Part shown: piece after piece, positions 59,645-64,000 of the stretch
Position numbering within the stretch: the first letter of the stretch is position 1
Layout of the letters: every line of letters begins with the position of its first letter
Source of the DNA: Pyrinomonadaceae bacterium
Lineage (GTDB): Bacteria > Acidobacteriota > Blastocatellia > Pyrinomonadales > Pyrinomonadaceae
Reading direction: 5' to 3'
DNA length: 64,000 bases
Assembly (NCBI GenBank): GCA_046313635.1
Contig: JBKBYA010000002.1
Coordinates: forward strand, 480,001-544,000
Notes under the pieces: model-generated
Databases searched by the model: none
The model's input: the letters and a program-made list of their open reading frames with translations, nothing else
What the model was told of the DNA's origin: nothing
Translations under genes and position numbers: made by a program

Positions 59645-61609
59645 CTAGACCGCGCCATTTCCATTCCTTGTGATCTGGACGAGGTTGCCGACGACGGTCG
59701 GGCCGTACTTTTTCTCGCCGGCTTTGGTGACGTTGTACCAGAAGGCCTGCATGTCCCAGGCGGCGGTGGGGCAGCGTTCGGCACAGAGGCCGCAGTGGAG
59801 GCAGACGTCTTCGTCTTTGACCATGACTCGGCCGGTCTTGAGGCCGTCGGCGACGTAGAGCGGCTGGGTTAGATTGAGCGCCGGAACTTTGGTCCGCTGG
59901 CGAATGTCCGATTCCTCGCCGTCCGGGATAAATGAGATGCAGCTCGTCGGGCAGATGTCGACGCACGCGTCGCACTCGATGCACTTCGGCGCGTTAAAGA
60001 CGGTCTGCACGTCGCAGTTGAGACAGCGCTGCGCTTCCTCGTAGCCGGTCAGCCGGTCGAATCCGAGCTCGACCTCCTGACGGCGGTTGACGAGCGTCTT
60101 GCTCTTGGGCGCCTGCGGCACTTTGTATCGCGGGTCGTGATCGATCTCGCTGTCGTACGCCCACTCGTGAATGCCCATCTTCATCGACATCAGATTGACG
60201 TGCGGCGCGGGGCGATCGGCGACGAGGTCCTTGCCGCGGCAAAGAAGGTCGATCGAGATCGCGGCCTGGTGACCGTGAGCGACGGCGGTGATGACATTCT
60301 CCGGGCCGAAGGCCGCGTCGCCGCCGAAGAAGACCTTGGGATGCGTCGACTGAAAGGTCTTTTTATCGACGACGGGCATCTCCCATTTGTCGAACTCGAC
60401 GCCGAGGTCGCGTTCGATCCACGGGAACGAATTCTCCTGGCCGATCGCGACCAGCACGTCGTCGGCCGGATAAAAAACTTCCGGCTCGCCGGTCGGCACG
60501 AGCGAGCGTTTGCCGTTCTCGTCGTAAACGGCCTCGACCTTTTCGAACATTACACCGACGAGCCGGTACGGAGCGCGGACGCCCTCGTCCGCAATGAGCG
60601 ATGCTTCATCGCTCAGATCGCTGCCCAAGGCCGAGTGTTCTTGTCCGGTCGCGGCCGCGTTGCGGCCATTGCGGACGGGGGCGTCCGCGTTCCTTTCGAC
60701 CACGAATCTTTTCGGCACGTGGTTGTCGATGATCGGGATGTCCTCGTGCATCGCGTCCTCTTTTTCCCACGGGCTCGCCTTCATCTCGGCGAAGGGCGAA
60801 CGCACGATGACCTTTACGTCCTCGCCGCCGAGGCGACGCGCCGTGCGGCAGCAGTCCATCGCGGTGTTGCCGCCGCCGAGGACGATGACCGTCTTGCCGA
60901 TCTTCGTCGTATGCTCAAATGCGACGCTCGCGAGCCAGTTGATGCCGATATGGATGTTGGCCGCGCCCTCTTCACGGCCGGGGATCTTCAATTCCCTTCC
61001 GCGCGGAGCCCCTGTGCCGACAAAGACGGCGTCGTAATCCTGTGCGAGCACGTCCCTGAGCGACGAGACGTAATGCTTGAAGTGTGTGTGAATGCCGAGG
61101 TCGAGAATGTAGTTGACCTCTTCGTCAAGTACAGTCTCGGGCAGGCGAAACGCCGGGATCTGGCTGAGCATAAATCCGCCGCCCTTGAACTGCTCGTCAA
61201 ACAGATGGATCTCGTAACCGAGCGGAGCGAGGTCGCGAGCGACCGTGAGCGACGCCGGCCCCGCACCGATGAGTGCGACCTTTTTGCCGTTCGGTTCAAA
61301 GGGCCCGCGCGGCATCAGCGGCTTGACCTCGCCCTTATTGTCCGCGGCGACGCGCTTGAGGCGACAGATCGCGACCGGTTCTTCTTCGACGCGGCCGCGG
61401 CGGCAGGCCGGCTCGCACGGGCGATCGCACGTTCGGCCGAGCACGCCCGGAAAGACGTTCGAGTCCCAGTTGACCATATACGCCTCGGTGTACTTGCCCT
61501 CGGCGATCAGGCGAATGTACTCGGGCACCGGCGTGTGAGCCGGGCAGGCGTATTGGCAGTCGACGACGCGATGGAAATATTCGGGATCTGCAATGTCGGT
61601 AGGTTTCAC
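59645..61609 (-). CDS. GltD/SudA-like FAD- and Fe-S-dependent oxidoreductase with C-terminal ferredoxin domain
   Basis: CQYACP, GRTCDRPCEPAC, GAGPAS, GGGNTAMD, CIECDACVDICP, CLHCGLCAERCP. Confidence 0.9.
   Translation of the reverse strand: MKPTDIADPEYFHRVVDCQYACPAHTPVPEYIRLIAEGKYTEAYMVNWDSNVFPGVLGRTCDRPCEPACRRGRVEEEPVAICRLKRVAADNKGEVKPLMPRGPFEPNGKKVALIGAGPASLTVARDLAPLGYEIHLFDEQFKGGGFMLSQIPAFRLPETVLDEEVNYILDLGIHTHFKHYVSSLRDVLAQDYDAVFVGTGAPRGRELKIPGREEGAANIHIGINWLASVAFEHTTKIGKTVIVLGGGNTAMDCCRTARRLGGEDVKVIVRSPFAEMKASPWEKEDAMHEDIPIIDNHVPKRFVVERNADAPVRNGRNAAATGQEHSALGSDLSDEASLIADEGVRAPYRLVGVMFEKVEAVYDENGKRSLVPTGEPEVFYPADDVLVAIGQENSFPWIERDLGVEFDKWEMPVVDKKTFQSTHPKVFFGGDAAFGPENVITAVAHGHQAAISIDLLCRGKDLVADRPAPHVNLMSMKMGIHEWAYDSEIDHDPRYKVPQAPKSKTLVNRRQEVELGFDRLTGYEEAQRCLNCDVQTVFNAPKCIECDACVDICPTSCISFIPDGEESDIRQRTKVPALNLTQPLYVADGLKTGRVMVKDEDVCLHCGLCAERCPTAAWDMQAFWYNVTKAGEKKYGPTVVGNLVQITRNGNGAV
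60570..60693. repeat. Inverted REP-like doublet inside the flavoprotein CDS
   Basis: GGAGCGCGGACGCCCTCGTCCGC at 60570-60592 and GCGGACGGGGGCGTCCGCGTTCC at 60671-60693. Confidence 0.9.
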
Positions 61610-61766
61610 TGCGAAATGCTCCTTACGGATCTATGCTGCGGTCGGATCTGCCGCACCGCGGACCGTCTTTGCGGCCGATGCCGGAGCGTGTTCCTCAACC
61701 TCAGAGCCAAAAATAAACGATAAGACCCGCAACATCAATCAAACGGGGCGAGCCCGGGGCGCGGCG

Positions 61767-62486
61767 TCACGGCGAAGTTCTTACGCCGCCCTCGACTCTC
61801 GCGACGGCGGGGTTTGACGGGTCGATCTTTTTGAGCTTTTCGACGATCTTGAGAGCACTCTCGCGATCGCCCTTTTCGTTGTAGGCGAGGGCGAGATTCT
61901 GCAGCGACATTTCGTGATCGGGCCGGTTGGCTAGCGAGCGCTTGAACTCGGCGATCGCGCGGTCGTAGTCGGGCGGCTCGCGCAGGAAGAATGTCAGCCC
62001 GAGATCGCTGCGGACGTTCGCGTCGTCCGGCTTTATCTCGAGAGCGCGGCGGTACCACGTCTCGGCCTCGACATATTTTTCAGCGTCAAAGAGCGAGTTG
62101 CCCATCTTGATCAGCGGCTCGGCGTCGCGAGGTTTGAGCTTCGAGGCCGCCTCGTAGAATCGGGCCGCATCGTCAAAACGCTGGATCTGGTAGTAGAGGT
62201 CGCCGGCCGTCATCTGGGCCTCGAAGTTAGAGGGCTCGCTCCGAGCCTTTTCGATCGCGGCCGTCACCTCGGCGATCGCCGCCGCACCGCCGCTTTGCCC
62301 TTGCCCGTCGGCGCCGTCCTGCCCGATCGGCGGATGATTCGGCGGCAGGCCCGAGGCGTCAGACTGCCGGGCGGCGGCCGGAGAAGTGTGGGCCGTCTCG
62401 GCGCGGTTGATGCTGTTTGCGAGCATAAACCCGCCGACCGCTCCGATGACGATGCCGATCAAGCCGAATATCAATCTGTCCTTCAT
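61767..62486 (-). CDS. Membrane-anchored TPR protein
   Basis: N-terminal TM, LPPNHPPI, several TPR repeats. Confidence 0.85.
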   Translation of the reverse strand: MKDRLIFGLIGIVIGAVGGFMLANSINRAETAHTSPAAARQSDASGLPPNHPPIGQDGADGQGQSGGAAAIAEVTAAIEKARSEPSNFEAQMTAGDLYYQIQRFDDAARFYEAASKLKPRDAEPLIKMGNSLFDAEKYVEAETWYRRALEIKPDDANVRSDLGLTFFLREPPDYDRAIAEFKRSLANRPDHEMSLQNLALAYNEKGDRESALKIVEKLKKIDPSNPAVARVEGGVRTSP

Positions 62487-62489
62487 AAG

Positions 62490-64000
62490 TTATTTGCCCC
62501 CTATCTCGATGCCGATCGACTTGAGAAAGCGGTCGGGCCGCTCGCCGCCGATCAATGCAAAGACGTAGTCGTTCGCGATCGTATCGAGCTCTCTGCCCGA
62601 CCTCGCGTCCTGCAGCACGACCTCGCGCTCGCGCAGCTCCTTGACCGCGACGCCGTATCGGATGTCGATCAGACCGCTGTCGGCGCATTTGTAGAGCAGA
62701 TACTTGTTGCCGAACTTCACGGTCGGCGCAAGCATCGTGCGGACGAGCAGCGTCACGCGGTTGCCGTCGCCCGCGGGACGCGGCTCGATCGACTGGCCGA
62801 CCCTCACTGCGGCGAGGTCGATCGCGGCCTCGACCGCGGAATTGCCGCCGCCGACGACCACGATGTCGCGATCGCGGTACGCGGCAGGATTCGAAAGCGA
62901 ATAGAGCACCTTCGGCTCGGGCCCGACCGCCGGGTCAACCGTGACGGTCATATCCTCGTCAGGCACGCGCAGTTTGTTTGGAGCCCCGCGGAGCCCGACC
63001 GCGATCACGACGCGCCGCGCGGTGTACGTCCTTTCGGCATTGTCCGAGCTGCGTACGGTCTTGACCGCAAAGCCGTCGCCGCCCTCCAGCCGCTCGATCG
63101 TTCTGCAGCTCTCCTCCTCGTTAACGCGGACGCCGCGCTCGGCGAGGGCCTCGGTCCAGTGCTCGAGGATCGTCTCGCGCAGGTCGCCCGGAACGAGTGA
63201 GCGCAGCCGGGCCTCGATCTCTGCCGCAAACGCCGCAAGCATCTCGTCGCGCCGCGGCATAAAGCTCCTCTCAAAACTCGCCGCGAGGTCCGCGCCGGCC
63301 CCGCGGCCGAGGGCCGTCACGACACGCGACCGGAATTCGCCGGTCAGCTCCCGGTCAAGAAGCGCCGCGTCGCGCCCGCGCAAGGCAGCGGGCACGCTCC
63401 GCAGCAGACGCTCGCGAAGCTCCTCTACCGCCGGGCGTACCGCTTCATCGATCTTTTGCCGAAGGTCAGCCGCAAGCGGCCGCGTCCCGCCGCCGTCGTC
63501 GTCAGCCTGCCGCGAAGCGGCGAGCCCGAGACCTGTGACGTCGAGACCGCCGGTCCACTCGCGAGTGTCTGGCTTGAAAAAGATGTACTTTCCCTTGGGA
63601 TAGGCGCGGATGGTCGAGAGGACCTTTTCCTGCTCGATCGCGACGTACCGCAGCCCGAGCTCGTGTGCGGTCGCCGCAGCCGACGCTCCGCCGGGGCCGA
63701 CGCCGACGATGGCGACGTCGTACTCGACCGAGTCGGGCGACGCCGCCGCGCGCAGCTCGCCGGCGATATGGCGGATCACCTCGCTGCCCTCCTTGACGGC
63801 GTTCTTGATCAGCGGCACGCCCGAGACGTCGCCGACGATGTAGCAGCCGGCGACGTTCGATTCGAATGTTGCGCCGTCGCGTACCGGAGCGGGTATCGAG
63901 CGGACCTCTTTGGTCGTGTTGACGACGATGCACGCCTTTGGATTTACCGGACACTCGGCCTGGCACGCGGTGTCCTCCATGCAGAGGTCGGGAGCGACCG
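62490..64000 (-). CDS. NAD(P)/FAD-dependent oxidoreductase with 4Fe-4S domain, 5' end beyond window
   Basis: DLCMEDTACQAECP, GVGPGG, VVGGGNSAVEAA; frame open to the edge. Confidence 0.85.
   Translation of the reverse strand, partial: VAPDLCMEDTACQAECPVNPKACIVVNTTKEVRSIPAPVRDGATFESNVAGCYIVGDVSGVPLIKNAVKEGSEVIRHIAGELRAAASPDSVEYDVAIVGVGPGGASAAATAHELGLRYVAIEQEKVLSTIRAYPKGKYIFFKPDTREWTGGLDVTGLGLAASRQADDDGGGTRPLAADLRQKIDEAVRPAVEELRERLLRSVPAALRGRDAALLDRELTGEFRSRVVTALGRGAGADLAASFERSFMPRRDEMLAAFAAEIEARLRSLVPGDLRETILEHWTEALAERGVRVNEEESCRTIERLEGGDGFAVKTVRSSDNAERTYTARRVVIAVGLRGAPNKLRVPDEDMTVTVDPAVGPEPKVLYSLSNPAAYRDRDIVVVGGGNSAVEAAIDLAAVRVGQSIEPRPAGDGNRVTLLVRTMLAPTVKFGNKYLLYKCADSGLIDIRYGVAVKELREREVVLQDARSGRELDTIANDYVFALIGGERPDRFLKSIGIEIGGK

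Noticed and set aside
47734..60693. Inteins or self-splicing introns as the in-frame inserts
   Set aside because: Too short, with no C/S...HN intein ends and no group I or II intron features.

Overview
High-GC bacterial chromosomal window. Gene style suggests Acidobacteriota, possibly Blastocatellia; this is an inference. Five blocks. (1) 1-26440, minus strand: a Wza/Wzc/Wzx/Wzy-type surface polysaccharide operon with ADP-heptose genes, an FnlA/RmlD-like/2-epimerase trio, a GDP-mannose 3,5-epimerase-like gene and three methyltransferases. It ends in a RiPP-like cassette: HprK-related kinase, a PqqD/RRE protein fused to a twin-arginine-like motif and an 8-Cys tail, and a nucleotidyltransferase running off the window edge. 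(2) 26657-32473: mutS, nagZ, a peptide ABC binding lipoprotein, tRNA-Gly and tRNA-Cys. (3) 32551-45339: a collapsed PAS/receiver pseudogene, a DUF305 + LVIVD pair, and a signalling cluster (hybrid kinases, sigma54 activator, HD-GYP, EAL) with a clear sigma54 promoter. (4) 45846-61609, minus strand: a redox operon (GltD-like flavoprotein, korA, korB, NrfC-NrfD fusion, molybdopterin oxidoreductase) heavily colonised by small selfish DNA. (5) 61767-64000: a TPR gene and a partial FAD/Fe-S oxidoreductase. The most notable signals are in block 4. A 23-nt REP-like palindrome sits in frame inside four enzymes. Toxin-antitoxin cassettes lie at gene junctions, two of them bracketed by duplicated 5' ends of the host gene. 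An IS200-like Y1 transposase is flanked by ~200-bp composite palindromes. No database searches were run; family calls come from motif recognition only.
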